From Acidobacteriota bacterium (lineage in GTDB: Bacteria; Acidobacteriota; UBA6911): a stretch of 64,000 nt of DNA. The position numbers and the translations under genes are program-made. The notes beneath the pieces are model-generated. The model made no database searches. It saw only the letters and a list, made by a program, of their open reading frames with translations, and was not told where the DNA came from. The DNA lies in contig OY761556.1 of the NCBI GenBank assembly GCA_963664705.1, positions 5,728,001 through 5,792,000 on the forward strand, written 5' to 3'. Shown here in pieces: positions 37,386 through 48,618 of this stretch (positions are counted from its first letter, which is position 1; the number at the start of each line of letters is the position of its first letter).

Positions 37386-37994
37386 ATGGTTAGTACTACT
37401 AATACTTGTCTACCGGAGTTTTCACGATACTCAATGCTTGACAGATTCCAAATGCCTGATATATTTAGCCCTTCTAACTATTGTGGAGTTCTCCCAATGT
37501 CATCTTCAGCTCGTGCAATTGCAAGCCAGTTCTGCGATCTCATGCCCGTGATCGAACGTACGGTTTCATCCGAGCTGCGGCGCGGCAGCCAATATGTAAC
37601 GCCGTCTCACCTTCAGTTGTTGACGGCACTGGTTCAAGGGCCCTCCTCTCTGAGCGGACTTTCTGAGGTCATGGCAGTAAGTCTGCCAACAATGTCTAAT
37701 TCGGTGACCACGTTTGTTGAGCGTGGCTGGGTCAAGCGCACACAGTCTGCGGATGACCGCCGCTATATCAAAGTTGAATTAACGGATAAGGGCTTGAAGG
37801 CGCTGGTAGATATTCGTAAGCGAGTCGAACTGCTCTTCACTACCCAGTTCGAACATCTGCCGCCAGCAAAACGAGACGAACTCAAGGTCGCGTTTAAGAT
37901 ACTCCAGGAAACTTTTCAGCCCAAGGTTGGCGAAGCTAACAATGGAAATATCATAAAAAAGAGAGGTTCCCAAAAGCGACCCGGTCTGCGCTAA
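37386..37994 (+). CDS. MarR family regulator (true start probably 37431 or 37497)
   Basis: SLPTMSNSVTTFVERGWVKR..DDRR..LTDKG. Confidence 0.88.
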   Translation: MVSTTNTCLPEFSRYSMLDRFQMPDIFSPSNYCGVLPMSSSARAIASQFCDLMPVIERTVSSELRRGSQYVTPSHLQLLTALVQGPSSLSGLSEVMAVSLPTMSNSVTTFVERGWVKRTQSADDRRYIKVELTDKGLKALVDIRKRVELLFTTQFEHLPPAKRDELKVAFKILQETFQPKVGEANNGNIIKKRGSQKRPGLR

Positions 37995-38475
37995 AGTTTA
38001 CCGGCCTGTCTCACCACGTAGAGAGCCTCAGCTGATCAGCAAAACGGTTCCCGCCCATTCGGAGTTCTTGCATAAGATGTCTCAAGGGACATTCTTCTCC
38101 CAGGTGCAACTCATCATTAAATCTTTCGCGCTCGCTGGAGCGCGTCTTGGCTTCATGCTGAATACGATGGATCTTGAGCAGAGGATTCACACAGAGGATT
38201 CATACGGTTGACACATTTAACATATTTTTGTTACAGTTGGCATACCTAATACTTAGCAGATATAAGTGTGTGCGAGATGCCTGTCGGCATTTTGTTCAGA
38301 AAGGAAAGTGCAGGCGTTCTGGCACTTCTTATGGTCTTTTCAAAACAAGTGCCCATTGAATCCTCAAACGTGGTAATTTGGGAAACAGCATGCCTCTTTT
38401 GTGGGCGATATGAATAATTCGCACAACTATGTGCATACTCGAAAAAGACAATCCGCAAGAAAATGAGGTTTTGTC

Positions 38476-40881
38476 ATGTTTGAACTAAAGCCAATCTCGC
38501 CGCGAGTGCAGAAGCTTCGAAACATTTATCGAGACACCATTCCAACTCTGGACGCAGAACGGGTCAAGATACTCACCGAATGTCTCCCCACAATTCGGAA
38601 TGAAGTGCCGATTATTGGACGTGCTAAAGCGCTCTACGAAATACTGTCCAAAATGACCATAAGGGTTGAACCCGGTGAGCTGCTCATCGGCAACATGGCA
38701 AAAACTTTTCGTGGTTGCTGCCTTTGGCCGGAATATGGCGGATTGGGTTGGCTTATAGAAGAGCTGGATAGTGGGGTATTTGACAAAAAGGGAACCAGAG
38801 ACGGGAAGATGTACCTGGAGGAGGAAGACAGGGAATATGTGCATTCCGTTCAGGATTTCTGGAGAGAGAATTGCCTTGCGACAAAGCTGTCTTCGGTACT
38901 ACCCCAGGAACTGGTCACCCTTGGAAATGCCGGTGTGGGTCTCGATGCTTTTTCAAACGGTGCCATTCCCAGCGGACATTTCAATGCAAATTACCGAAAA
39001 GCCATTGAAAAGGGCTTTGGAGCTATAAAGCGGGAAGCGGTTGAAAAACTCGATGGAATGCGTGGAAAAATTGGCGGTCAGGATGCTGAACAATATTTCT
39101 TTTATAAAGCGATAGTAATCAGCTGCGATTCCGCCATTCTTTATGCAAAGCGCTATGCAGAAAAGTGCCGTGCCTTAGCAGAAGGCATCATGGGCGCGTC
39201 GCGGCGAGCGGAGCTGCTCAAGATGACGGATTCTCTGGATTGGATCATGGAGAATCCCGCTCGAACATACCATGAAGCATTACAGGTGTGCCTGCTGTAT
39301 CAATACATATTATTAATCGAGGGCAACTTTCTAGGCATAACAATAGGCCGGCTTGATCAGCATGTGGGGGATTACTTACGGGCCGACCTTCAGGCAAACC
39401 GCATCAGCACGGATTATGCCCAGGAGCTGATGGACTGCTTTTTTATTAAAACGGCTGATCTTTTTTTCAGCGGCCCGTTAATGATTTCCCGTATTGCCGG
39501 CGCCTATTCCAATAACCTCAGAATAACAATCGGAGGGCGAAAACCTGACGGTAGCGATGCAACGAATGAAGCGACGTTTCTATGCCTGCAATCAGCGGCT
39601 CGTCTGAAGCTTCATGACCCAAACCTCTCATTGGGATTCCACAAGGATTCACCCAATGAGCTCCTGGAGGCAGGGATTGAAACATCCAAGATTGTGTATG
39701 GAATCCCCTGCATTGAAAACACGGATTTGATCATTGACATGCTCCACAAACGAGGACTCGCCATTGAGGATGCCCGCAATTACTGTGTTGTGGGCTGCAT
39801 CGAGTTGTCGGGATCAGGCTGTGAATGGTCCAATGTGAGTTCTCCCTTTTCCAAAGGGTTTCTGAATATCGTTAATGTTCTGATGCAGGCCATCAATAAC
39901 GGGATCAATCCCCAGAATGGGCAACGCGGGGGATTGCAGACCGGCTATCTGTATGCAATGGACAGTTTTGAACAGGTGCAACAAGCCTTTAAAACCCAAC
40001 TGGAATATTTCATGGATTGGCAGTTTTCCCTAAACAACCTAATGGAACATGTCGGGTTTAGGATGATGCCCGTTCCCATCGCTTCGGCCACAATGGATGG
40101 TTGCATGCAAAATGGACGGGATATGTTGCTCGGGGGAGCAAAATACAATTCAACAGGCGTTGCCATCCTTGGAATCGGCACCATTGTTGACTCCCTTGCT
40201 GCTATCAAATACATGATTTATGACAAAAAGCTGTGCACCGCAAGGGAACTCTACGACGCGGTGATGGCAAACTGGGAAGGTCATGAACATCTTCGTTCCC
40301 GCATAATCAATGAAGCTCCCCATTACGGAAACGGAGACGAGTATGCAGACGAACTTGCGACCTGGATGGCTGATCTATACACACACCGCGTAGATTCCTA
40401 TAAAGGTCCCAGAGGCGGGTACCGAGCTGGTATTTATTCTGCAGGAGCCCACCTGTTATATGGCTATCAGACATGGGCAACTCCGGACGGCCGCCGCAAC
40501 GGGCAGCCCATTTCGGATTCTGCGTCGCCTTCACAGGGAGTCGTTAGAAACGGGCCAACGGGCGTTGCGAGGTCGATATTGGCTCTGCATCCTTCTAATT
40601 TCAGCAATGGTCTGCAATTCAATATGAAATTCCACCCATCATCTTTCCAGAGTCAGGAAGGTACTGAAAAGATGAAACAGTTTATCTGGAGCTTTTTTCA
40701 GCAGGGTGGTATGCAGCTGCAATACAACATTGTTGATGCGGATACATTGAGACATGCCAAGGAAAATCCGGATGAGCATCGGGATTTAGTAGTCAGGGTC
40801 GCGGGTTTTTCAGCATATTTTGTTGAGCTGTACGAAGATCTGCAAAATGAAATCATAACCAGAAGTGAAGTGAGCCTATAG
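38476..40881 (+). CDS. Glycyl radical enzyme (PFL2/eliminase-like), substrate unknown
   Basis: GRLDQ, active-site loop VVGCIE, ATPDGR, glycyl motif RVAGFS; 801 aa. Confidence 0.93.
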   Translation: MFELKPISPRVQKLRNIYRDTIPTLDAERVKILTECLPTIRNEVPIIGRAKALYEILSKMTIRVEPGELLIGNMAKTFRGCCLWPEYGGLGWLIEELDSGVFDKKGTRDGKMYLEEEDREYVHSVQDFWRENCLATKLSSVLPQELVTLGNAGVGLDAFSNGAIPSGHFNANYRKAIEKGFGAIKREAVEKLDGMRGKIGGQDAEQYFFYKAIVISCDSAILYAKRYAEKCRALAEGIMGASRRAELLKMTDSLDWIMENPARTYHEALQVCLLYQYILLIEGNFLGITIGRLDQHVGDYLRADLQANRISTDYAQELMDCFFIKTADLFFSGPLMISRIAGAYSNNLRITIGGRKPDGSDATNEATFLCLQSAARLKLHDPNLSLGFHKDSPNELLEAGIETSKIVYGIPCIENTDLIIDMLHKRGLAIEDARNYCVVGCIELSGSGCEWSNVSSPFSKGFLNIVNVLMQAINNGINPQNGQRGGLQTGYLYAMDSFEQVQQAFKTQLEYFMDWQFSLNNLMEHVGFRMMPVPIASATMDGCMQNGRDMLLGGAKYNSTGVAILGIGTIVDSLAAIKYMIYDKKLCTARELYDAVMANWEGHEHLRSRIINEAPHYGNGDEYADELATWMADLYTHRVDSYKGPRGGYRAGIYSAGAHLLYGYQTWATPDGRRNGQPISDSASPSQGVVRNGPTGVARSILALHPSNFSNGLQFNMKFHPSSFQSQEGTEKMKQFIWSFFQQGGMQLQYNIVDADTLRHAKENPDEHRDLVVRVAGFSAYFVELYEDLQNEIITRSEVSL

Positions 40882-41072
40882 TTGGACGCTTAACAAATAA
40901 ACTTCGAAAAAGGGAATGCGCGTTTTCGGCGCTGAACCTGCTGGCGAGACCTCCCAAAGTCGCTGCGGAGTTTTCGGCTGACGGTCAGGTTGGATGAACG
41001 CTGCCCAATCCGTTCCTTCCCATTATGGTGATATGAGAGCTTTTGTAATTACTCAGAAATACATCGAAAGAG

Positions 41073-41852
41073 GTGCCCATGGCTGGAGAGAGGAGTACTC
41101 CAAAAGACAATAACGAGAAGAAGAAATTTTCACGACGTCATTTCGTGGTAGGCGGCGGCACGGCCATTGCCGGCGGAGCCATTGCAGTTCTGGCAACCGC
41201 AACTCCGGCTGCTGCGGCTACGGAAGACAAGGGAACCGTCGCGCTTTCAACCAAATATCTGGTTTATGATTCGAAACACTGTGCCGGCTGTTACGGCTGC
41301 ATGATCGCCTGCTCTATGTCCCATGATGGAGAAGTCAGTTTATCGCTGGCCCGACTTCAGATGCACCGGGCAGTTCTGAATGAATATCCTACGGACATTA
41401 CCATGCACGTGTGCAAGCAATGTCCCGATCCATCCTGCGTGAAATATTGCCCGACAGGCGCCTGTCACGTCAGCGCCGAAAACGGCGACATCCGAATGAT
41501 CGATGCCGAAAAATGCGTTGGCTGCCAGACTTGCATCAGAATGTGCCCGCAGACTCCTCATCGCACCGTTTGGAATCCCAAGACAAACAAATCGACGAAG
41601 TGCGATCTATGCACCAATACACCATATTTCAACAAGAAGGGTGGTGTTACGGGAACTCAGGCTTGCATCGAGGCCTGCCCCAAACAAGTTCTAAAAGTAG
41701 TAGACAAGCTTCCGTTGGAAACTGGTGGCTACGAAGTGAATCTGGCGCCCGCTCCCAAACCTAAGATGGGCGGCTTCGGTGCTCCTCGAGCCGGTGGCCC
41801 TGGAGCTAAATCTGCAACCCCACAACAGGTACCGACAGAGCCCAAACATTAG
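41073..41852 (+). CDS. Tat-signal 4x[4Fe-4S] ferredoxin subunit (YdhY/DmsB-like)
   Basis: SRRHFV Tat motif; CxxCxxCxxxC clusters. Confidence 0.88.
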   Translation: MPMAGERSTPKDNNEKKKFSRRHFVVGGGTAIAGGAIAVLATATPAAAATEDKGTVALSTKYLVYDSKHCAGCYGCMIACSMSHDGEVSLSLARLQMHRAVLNEYPTDITMHVCKQCPDPSCVKYCPTGACHVSAENGDIRMIDAEKCVGCQTCIRMCPQTPHRTVWNPKTNKSTKCDLCTNTPYFNKKGGVTGTQACIEACPKQVLKVVDKLPLETGGYEVNLAPAPKPKMGGFGAPRAGGPGAKSATPQQVPTEPKH

Positions 41853-41866
41853 AGGAGGAGGAGAGT

Positions 41867-43915
41867 ATGGCGACACCAGGATTCGGTGGAAAGATTTTAT
41901 TAGTCGATCTTACAACCAAAGAAATCAAAAGGCTGGAAACGGATCAATATGCAATGTACGGAGGTGGGCACGGCACCTCCACCGCCCTGTTCTGGGAATA
42001 CAGCGTAGTTCCGGGGAAATGGAACCTTGATGACGCATTCAATCCCCTGAATATGGTTTTTTTGATGACCGGCGCCGTATCGGGAACTGGAATTCCTTTT
42101 GCCTCCAGGACAAGCGTCTCGGGCATGTCTCCGCAGTGCTATCCAATCCAGTGGTGGTGTCACAGCAACTTTGGCGGCACATTTGCCATGATGCTTAAAT
42201 TAGCGGGCTGGGATGGCGTGGCAGTCATCGGAAGAGCAGAGTCTCCGGTATATATCAATATTGTTGATGACAAAGTCACGCTCGAAGACGCCAGAGATTT
42301 GTGGGGCATGACGACCTGGAAGTGCCAGGAGGAGATCTGGAAGAGATCCGGCGTGCGCTACGGAATGGACTGGCAGCTGTTGGATGGAGGCTATACGCTG
42401 CAACGGCCCGCAATTGTCACCATCGGAGCCGCCGGTGAGAACATGACGCGAGTTGCGTCGCTCGTACATGGCGGCGGGAGCGGCGCGGGGCAAGGCGGAT
42501 TTGGCGGTGTTTTTGGATCTAAGAACCTGAAAGCAGTGTCGGTCGTGGGCTCCGGCAGCATCAAAATAGCCAATCCCAAAGCGTTGGTCGATGCCAAGGA
42601 AAAATATCATAAGGGCGGTGGCGGTTTTAGCGTCAATCTTTTCGGCGGCGCGAATGATGTTGCCTCATGTTGCGCGGGATGCGGCATGGGTAGCAGAATG
42701 TGCCACAACCGAAACCGGTCTTTCAGCGCGGATTCCGACGATTGCGCGGAATCGACCTGGTTCACCATCTCCAAAGAACAGTCCAAGGGAGTAGAGCTCC
42801 CGAAAGATATCAATCAGAAAGGGACAGATATCATTCAGCAGTTCGGAATCAACGGAATGGAAACCTGTTTCCAGGGTCACACGTCATTTCCGACTTCTCA
42901 CAACAAGGACTTCCCTATCCAGCCGAGTATCCCTGCCTATTCAGCACTGGGCTGGTACATGATGAAGATGTATGAAATGAAAGTCATTGGTCCCGGCACC
43001 AAGTTCGATACCGCGCCTCTCCCAATGGATAAGTTCCCAAGTCAGGAATTCATGGAAATGTATGGACGCGCGATCGCAAACCGCGAAGGTTTTGGCAAGC
43101 TCCTGGGGGAAGGAACCGCCCGCCTTGTTGAAGCACTAGGTAGAAAGGAAGACTTTAGTACACTGGCCCGGCAAACGATGTGGGGATTTATGGATCACTG
43201 GTCCATGCCTAATGTCGAATGGGCTTACGGCAATCTGTTCGATTCCAGGGATATCAACAGCCATGATATTTCCTGGGGGCGGGGCGATGCGGAACAGGCG
43301 GTCAAAAGCTATGCGGCCGGAACTCTCAGGAACGAACCGCTTTGGTTCGATTACACCTGGCAGGGGGATCAGGCTTATAAAACCGGAGTCTATTCCAGAT
43401 ACAAAGCCGAATGGGTTGCCTGGCACATGCATTACTGGAATTATTACAAAGAATCGGTCGGCTTCTGCGACTGGGGTTATTGCAACCTTAGTGCCAACGG
43501 GCGCACTCCTACCGCCGAACCAACCTATCTCAATGCAATCACCGGAAGAAATCACTCTTTCAATGACGGTTTGGAAATCGGCCGGCGCGCCTGGAATGTA
43601 AAACGGGCGATTTTTGTAATGCAGGGCAGGCACAAGAAAATGGAGAATTTCACTCCATATTATTACATGCCCGGCGCCTCCTATTGCGGCTATTACACGG
43701 ATCAGCCCCTACTCAAAGGCGACAAATGGGAAATTCAAAGCTGCAGGGAACTATACTTCACAAGAGAAGGAGTCGATCAGTTCAAGACCCATTTCTATAA
43801 TGTCGAGGGCTGGGATCCGGATTCAGGCTATCCCAAACGCAAAACTCTCGAGGATCTCGACATCAAACAAGTCGCCGATTTCCTGCAGTCCAAAAACAAA
43901 CTCGGTAAGGCATAA
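41867..43915 (+). CDS. Aldehyde ferredoxin oxidoreductase (AOR/YdhV) family W/Mo-pterin enzyme
   Basis: GKILLVDLT, SNFGG..LKLAGWDG, IGAAGE, FGSKNLKA, GWD..GYPKRKTL. Confidence 0.9.
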   Translation: MATPGFGGKILLVDLTTKEIKRLETDQYAMYGGGHGTSTALFWEYSVVPGKWNLDDAFNPLNMVFLMTGAVSGTGIPFASRTSVSGMSPQCYPIQWWCHSNFGGTFAMMLKLAGWDGVAVIGRAESPVYINIVDDKVTLEDARDLWGMTTWKCQEEIWKRSGVRYGMDWQLLDGGYTLQRPAIVTIGAAGENMTRVASLVHGGGSGAGQGGFGGVFGSKNLKAVSVVGSGSIKIANPKALVDAKEKYHKGGGGFSVNLFGGANDVASCCAGCGMGSRMCHNRNRSFSADSDDCAESTWFTISKEQSKGVELPKDINQKGTDIIQQFGINGMETCFQGHTSFPTSHNKDFPIQPSIPAYSALGWYMMKMYEMKVIGPGTKFDTAPLPMDKFPSQEFMEMYGRAIANREGFGKLLGEGTARLVEALGRKEDFSTLARQTMWGFMDHWSMPNVEWAYGNLFDSRDINSHDISWGRGDAEQAVKSYAAGTLRNEPLWFDYTWQGDQAYKTGVYSRYKAEWVAWHMHYWNYYKESVGFCDWGYCNLSANGRTPTAEPTYLNAITGRNHSFNDGLEIGRRAWNVKRAIFVMQGRHKKMENFTPYYYMPGASYCGYYTDQPLLKGDKWEIQSCRELYFTREGVDQFKTHFYNVEGWDPDSGYPKRKTLEDLDIKQVADFLQSKNKLGKA

Positions 43916-44148
43916 GTACTGCCTGGGGTTTAATCGGGAGCCCCTGCTCACTTGCGCCAAAATAGCCCAGCCTATCAAGGCTGGGCTCGCAGCTTCCAGG
44001 TAGACGTGCGCATTTCTATTGACCGATGGAGGCCTAAGCGCGGAGTCTGTGAGGATGAACAGGAGGTTCCTGGGCGCCATGCCCGTCAAAAAAGATACGC
44101 TACTATCCGGTTATGGAAAGAATTAGAGCCTGGCAAGCTTGGTGCGGG

Positions 44149-44724
44149 TTACTCCGCCCCGATTATCAAATCCTGCAGTTTCCGCTTAGGCACGTGATGT
44201 ATGGACTGCGCATCCCTGTAGTACTTGATGTCTCCGGAAGGGCCTATGTCCTCCAGCACCACTTTTTCCGCAGGCACGCCCAGAGCAATCACCAAAAGGA
44301 TGTCCATGGTTTCCGGGATTTTCAGTTCAGTGCGTAACCTGTCCCGCTGCACATTGCCTATGAAACATCCTCCCAGTCCCCTTTCGGCAGCACCCAGCAG
44401 AATACTCTGACCGGCTATGCCATGGTCGCAGAAGAAATTATCGGCGATGCTCTTGTCGCCCAGTATGATTATGTAGGCGGCAGGCCGCTCCCCCTCGCTG
44501 GGTCCGCCCCAATCTTTAAGGTATCCGGCCCAGCCCAGACAAGGGAAGATCGCACTGTTTTTCTCCGCCGCAGTAGACAGGAAGTATTTTAGTGACTGGC
44601 GGTTGGCCGCGGAGGCGGAAAGCCGGGCCAGGTTCACCAGATCTTTCAAGATTTCCAACGAAACCGGCACTTCTTGTTTGAACCTCCTGTAACTACGGTT
44701 TTTCGTAACAAGATCCAACAGCAT
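44149..44724 (-). CDS. Nitroreductase family protein
   Basis: RSYRRF, SASAANRQ, GLGGCFIG, VPKR. Confidence 0.9.
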   Translation of the reverse strand: MLLDLVTKNRSYRRFKQEVPVSLEILKDLVNLARLSASAANRQSLKYFLSTAAEKNSAIFPCLGWAGYLKDWGGPSEGERPAAYIIILGDKSIADNFFCDHGIAGQSILLGAAERGLGGCFIGNVQRDRLRTELKIPETMDILLVIALGVPAEKVVLEDIGPSGDIKYYRDAQSIHHVPKRKLQDLIIGAE

Positions 44725-45093
44725 GTATTGCTCCTTAAGAAGGCTATATGTTTTTTAAGACCCTCCGCCGATTGTGAGTGGGAAGGGCTCATTTCAATAG
44801 GTATTTTGATACCAATGATGCTGGAACAACAGAACATAATCTCCAGAAGCGATCTGGAACATTTGGTCCCTCGGTTCCTCACGGACGTTCCAGGGTAAGA
44901 TAGCCTATTTTACAGCCTTCTGTTCGGCTCCCCGGCAACGGGTTCCATTATTCGGTGGTTGCGTGCGCCAAATAGCTGGCTCCTTCGCCGCGCATACAGT
45001 AAAATCCGCCATCGATGCCAGCCGGTTCGAACAGTCGGCAGATGCTAGTCTGCAGGAGACGACTGTTGTCATTGCCGGAGCTGTGTCGAAAGC

Positions 45094-46461
45094 TTGAGAT
45101 TGGAAAAAGTCATGCTGCCTGGGAACCGGGAGTCCGCCGCGGCGAGCCGGGATGCAGGATCATCCCCGCTGTCGGGTAAAATGAAACATAACGCCTTCGA
45201 AGCCTTCCGATATCGCGATTACCGGTTGCTCTGGATAGGGAATCTTTGCCAGACCATTGCCATCTGGATTCAAATGACCACCATGAGTTGGCTTGCCTAT
45301 GATCTGACGGGCTCGGGCGGCACCCTCGGTTTGGTGAACGGGATTCGCATAATCCCCAATCTTTTCGTCACGCCGATCGCTGGGGTTACCGTAGACCGCT
45401 TCAATAGAAACAGAATCATTGCGGTCAGCCAATTCTCCCTATTTTTATTTACGTTTCTCATGGCCGTCGACATTTACCTCGGCCATCTTCATGTCTCCCA
45501 TTTGTTTGTCTTTGCTCTGATCTCCGGTATTGCCAATTCTTTCAACATGCCGGCACGGCAGACTTTCGTGTTCGACCTCGTCCCGGCGCATATCGTTCCG
45601 AACGCAATTGCTTTGGACAATATCGCGATGAGCTCGTCACGGACAATAGCTTCGCTTGGAGCAGGCGCGCTGATTGTTGCTTTTGGGCCCGGCAACAACT
45701 TCCTCATCCAGGCTTGTATGTATCTGGCAATTATGACTACTGTCTTATCGATAAGGACCAAGCGACGCCCGCAGGCCACGCATCGCCGTCACTTCTTTAA
45801 GGAAATGGCCGAGGGTTTCCGGTACGGGATCCGGAATCCGAATGCACGGTTGCTCATGCTCATGATGATTATCAACCCCATGCTTCTGGTCCCTCTGCAT
45901 ATGGCGCTGCTGCCCATTTTTGCAACCAAGGTGTTGGCCGGCAATGCCGGGACGCTGGGCTGGTTGATGGGTTCACTCGGAGCGGGAGGACTTATCGGCG
46001 GCATATTGACGGCATCGCTGGGCAGCGTCGACCGGCGTGGCCTCGTCCAAATAATTTCACTGCTCGTGCATAGCCTGGCTCATGCACTATTTTGCGTGGT
46101 GGCATATTGGACGCATCAGCTTTGGCTCGCGCTCCCCTTCCTCGTCCTGGCCGGCACCATGGAAAGCCTTCACCTCACAACGAATCAAACCGTACTTCAG
46201 CTCCTCGCCCCCGATCACCTCCGTGGACGGCTGACGAGCGTCTTGCAATTAGTTCTGTTGATCAATCCGATTGGAATTTTCGCTGCCGGGGCACTTGCGG
46301 ATCATTTCGGGGCACTCGCCGTGGGCATAGCGTTCAGCATCTCCGCTCTTTTCATGACAATAGGCATTTTCCTCTTCTCCTCGCGGATGCGGGATCTTCG
46401 CCTCAGCGAACTCAGCGAACTCGGCCGGCAAGGCCTCGACCTAGCTCAGCCAGGACGATGA
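45094..46461 (+). CDS. MFS transporter (start probably near 45181)
   Basis: About 12 TM helices; GVTVDRFNR motif A. Confidence 0.9.
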   Translation: MRLEKVMLPGNRESAAASRDAGSSPLSGKMKHNAFEAFRYRDYRLLWIGNLCQTIAIWIQMTTMSWLAYDLTGSGGTLGLVNGIRIIPNLFVTPIAGVTVDRFNRNRIIAVSQFSLFLFTFLMAVDIYLGHLHVSHLFVFALISGIANSFNMPARQTFVFDLVPAHIVPNAIALDNIAMSSSRTIASLGAGALIVAFGPGNNFLIQACMYLAIMTTVLSIRTKRRPQATHRRHFFKEMAEGFRYGIRNPNARLLMLMMIINPMLLVPLHMALLPIFATKVLAGNAGTLGWLMGSLGAGGLIGGILTASLGSVDRRGLVQIISLLVHSLAHALFCVVAYWTHQLWLALPFLVLAGTMESLHLTTNQTVLQLLAPDHLRGRLTSVLQLVLLINPIGIFAAGALADHFGALAVGIAFSISALFMTIGIFLFSSRMRDLRLSELSELGRQGLDLAQPGR

Positions 46462-46711
46462 AAAGAGCTGCTTTGCCCCGATTCACGAAAAGTGTTTCCA
46501 GAAAAAAGTTAAATGTTCTTAGTGATTCTGGCCCCTGATCCGAGATGAATCTGAGTATGCACAGCATTGCTTGCGAGCTGTCGATTTTCAGGCTGAGGGA
46601 AGCGGTAATCTTCGCAAGCATGGTGGAGAAATTCATGCCCTCATATGGCAAAATTTCTATCTTAAATTACTGACAAAATGATGAAGAGGAGCCCTTCGCA
46701 AAAGGAGGCAT

Positions 46712-48151
46712 ATGGAATACCGTAAGAATCGCCGCACAAAGAATCCGTTTTATTCGCTTCTTTTTCTGCTTTTGCTGATCATCCTTCTGAATCCGATGAA
46801 ATCGCAAGGCCAAACCGGCAGGAATCCGGATGTTCTCCATCAACTCAGTAGTTCCCTTGAAACTGTTACACGAAAAATTTCTCCGGCAGTTGTTCAGGTA
46901 AATGTAACACGCTATGCGGTGGTTGAAAATGAAGGGCGGAGTGCCTCGGCAGTATTAGGTCGGCAGCAGGTTACCGGATCGGGAGTTGTCATAGATTCGG
47001 AAGGGTACATCATTACGAATGCGCATGTGGTAGCGAATGCACAGAGAATCCAAGTCCGGTTGCCTGCGAAGGATGATAGCGGATCTCCTGCCTCAGTAAT
47101 GAAATCCAGAGCCCAAGCCATAAATGCGACTATTATCGGCATGGATAAACAAATCGACATTGCTCTTCTCAAAGCCGAAGCTACCGGCCTCTCGACGCTA
47201 TCATTTGCAAAATATGATCAGATCCGGCAAGGCCAGCTGGTTCTTGCGCTGGGCAGTCCTCAAGGACTGGAAAACACAATTACAATGGGAGTCATCAGTT
47301 CTGTCGCCCGGCAACCCCTCGGCAGCAATCCCCTTGTCTACATCCAGACGGATGCCCCGATCAATCCCGGCAACAGTGGCGGACCGCTGGTCGATGTCGA
47401 CGGCAACGTTGTGGGATTGAACACCTTCATTTTCAGCCAGAGTGGCGGGAGTGAAGGCATCGGATTCGCAATCCCGAGTTCAATCGTCGATCATGCGTAT
47501 CAACAAATCAGAAAATTTGGTCACGTCAATCGGAAGGTAGCGGGAGTTTCCGTCCAGCCGATTACTCCCACGTTGGCCATGGCCCTGAACTTACAGCAGG
47601 ACCATGGAATCATGGTCGCTGATGTCCTGCCCGATGGGCCTGCCGAGACTGCGGGACTGAAAATCCAGGACATTATCGTATCGGCGGATGACAAGCCCAT
47701 GGAGTCGATGGCAGAGTTTGAGACATTTCTCCTGCTGTATGATTCGCCAAAAATGAAAATGAAGGTCCTTCGGGAGGGCAAACAGGTTTTATTCGAGATC
47801 CCCGTCATTGAAAGGCGGAACGAAGAAGATCAGTTGAAAGATCTTGTTAATCAGAAGAACCTGGTTCCGCAACTCGGGATAGTGGGCGTAACGATAGATG
47901 AGAAAATCGCCAAGGTTAAGGAAGATCTTCGCATTGAAAGCGGCGTCCTTATTGCAGCTTTGGCTGAGTCTGCCGAGGCGCACGAAATTGAACTTGAGGC
48001 CGGCGATGTTATTCACTCGATCAATGGTTCTCCAATCCAAAATGTTACCGGGTTGCGTGATGCACTGAACCGTATCAAAACAGGCTCCCCAGTTGCCTTA
48101 CAGATAGAAAGAGACGGACAGCTTCAGTTCCTGGATTTCGAGATGTGGTAA
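46712..48151 (+). CDS. HtrA/DegP-family serine protease with two PDZ domains
   Basis: TNAHVV, DIALL, INPGNSGG. Confidence 0.93.
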   Translation: MEYRKNRRTKNPFYSLLFLLLLIILLNPMKSQGQTGRNPDVLHQLSSSLETVTRKISPAVVQVNVTRYAVVENEGRSASAVLGRQQVTGSGVVIDSEGYIITNAHVVANAQRIQVRLPAKDDSGSPASVMKSRAQAINATIIGMDKQIDIALLKAEATGLSTLSFAKYDQIRQGQLVLALGSPQGLENTITMGVISSVARQPLGSNPLVYIQTDAPINPGNSGGPLVDVDGNVVGLNTFIFSQSGGSEGIGFAIPSSIVDHAYQQIRKFGHVNRKVAGVSVQPITPTLAMALNLQQDHGIMVADVLPDGPAETAGLKIQDIIVSADDKPMESMAEFETFLLLYDSPKMKMKVLREGKQVLFEIPVIERRNEEDQLKDLVNQKNLVPQLGIVGVTIDEKIAKVKEDLRIESGVLIAALAESAEAHEIELEAGDVIHSINGSPIQNVTGLRDALNRIKTGSPVALQIERDGQLQFLDFEMW

Positions 48152-48618
48152 GGGATGCAGACCCAGACTGCGTCTTCATGACTCGTAAAACCAGGTACCA
48201 TTGTCGGTTGGTACCGAGCTGGTTTTCGCTTGTTCTGGCGATTGCGGTCTCCGAAAAAAAATCCGGGTAGGTCAAAAATTACGACGGAGATTCGAAATCC
48301 GATCGGAAAATGGCCGAGGAAGGCGCGAGTTGAGGTGCTCCAGGAATTCACGCGGAGCTTCTCAAGTGGGGCTTTGATCTACCGGAGCGTAGTCCCGCTA
48401 TCTTCGCCGCACATCTCCTTCCGGCCAGGCTCGCAGACTTTGTGCCACTTTTCTTCGCAACTATCGAGAGGTTATAGCGGCCATGGAGTTTCTCAACAGT
48501 GGGATCCCGCCTGGCCTGCATGTCAACAATTCTACTTTGCAATTCCTCACATGTTCACATCAATTACGACTCAAATTTCACTGCGCGGAATATTGGCGAC
48601 GGACAAAGCTATCAAATA

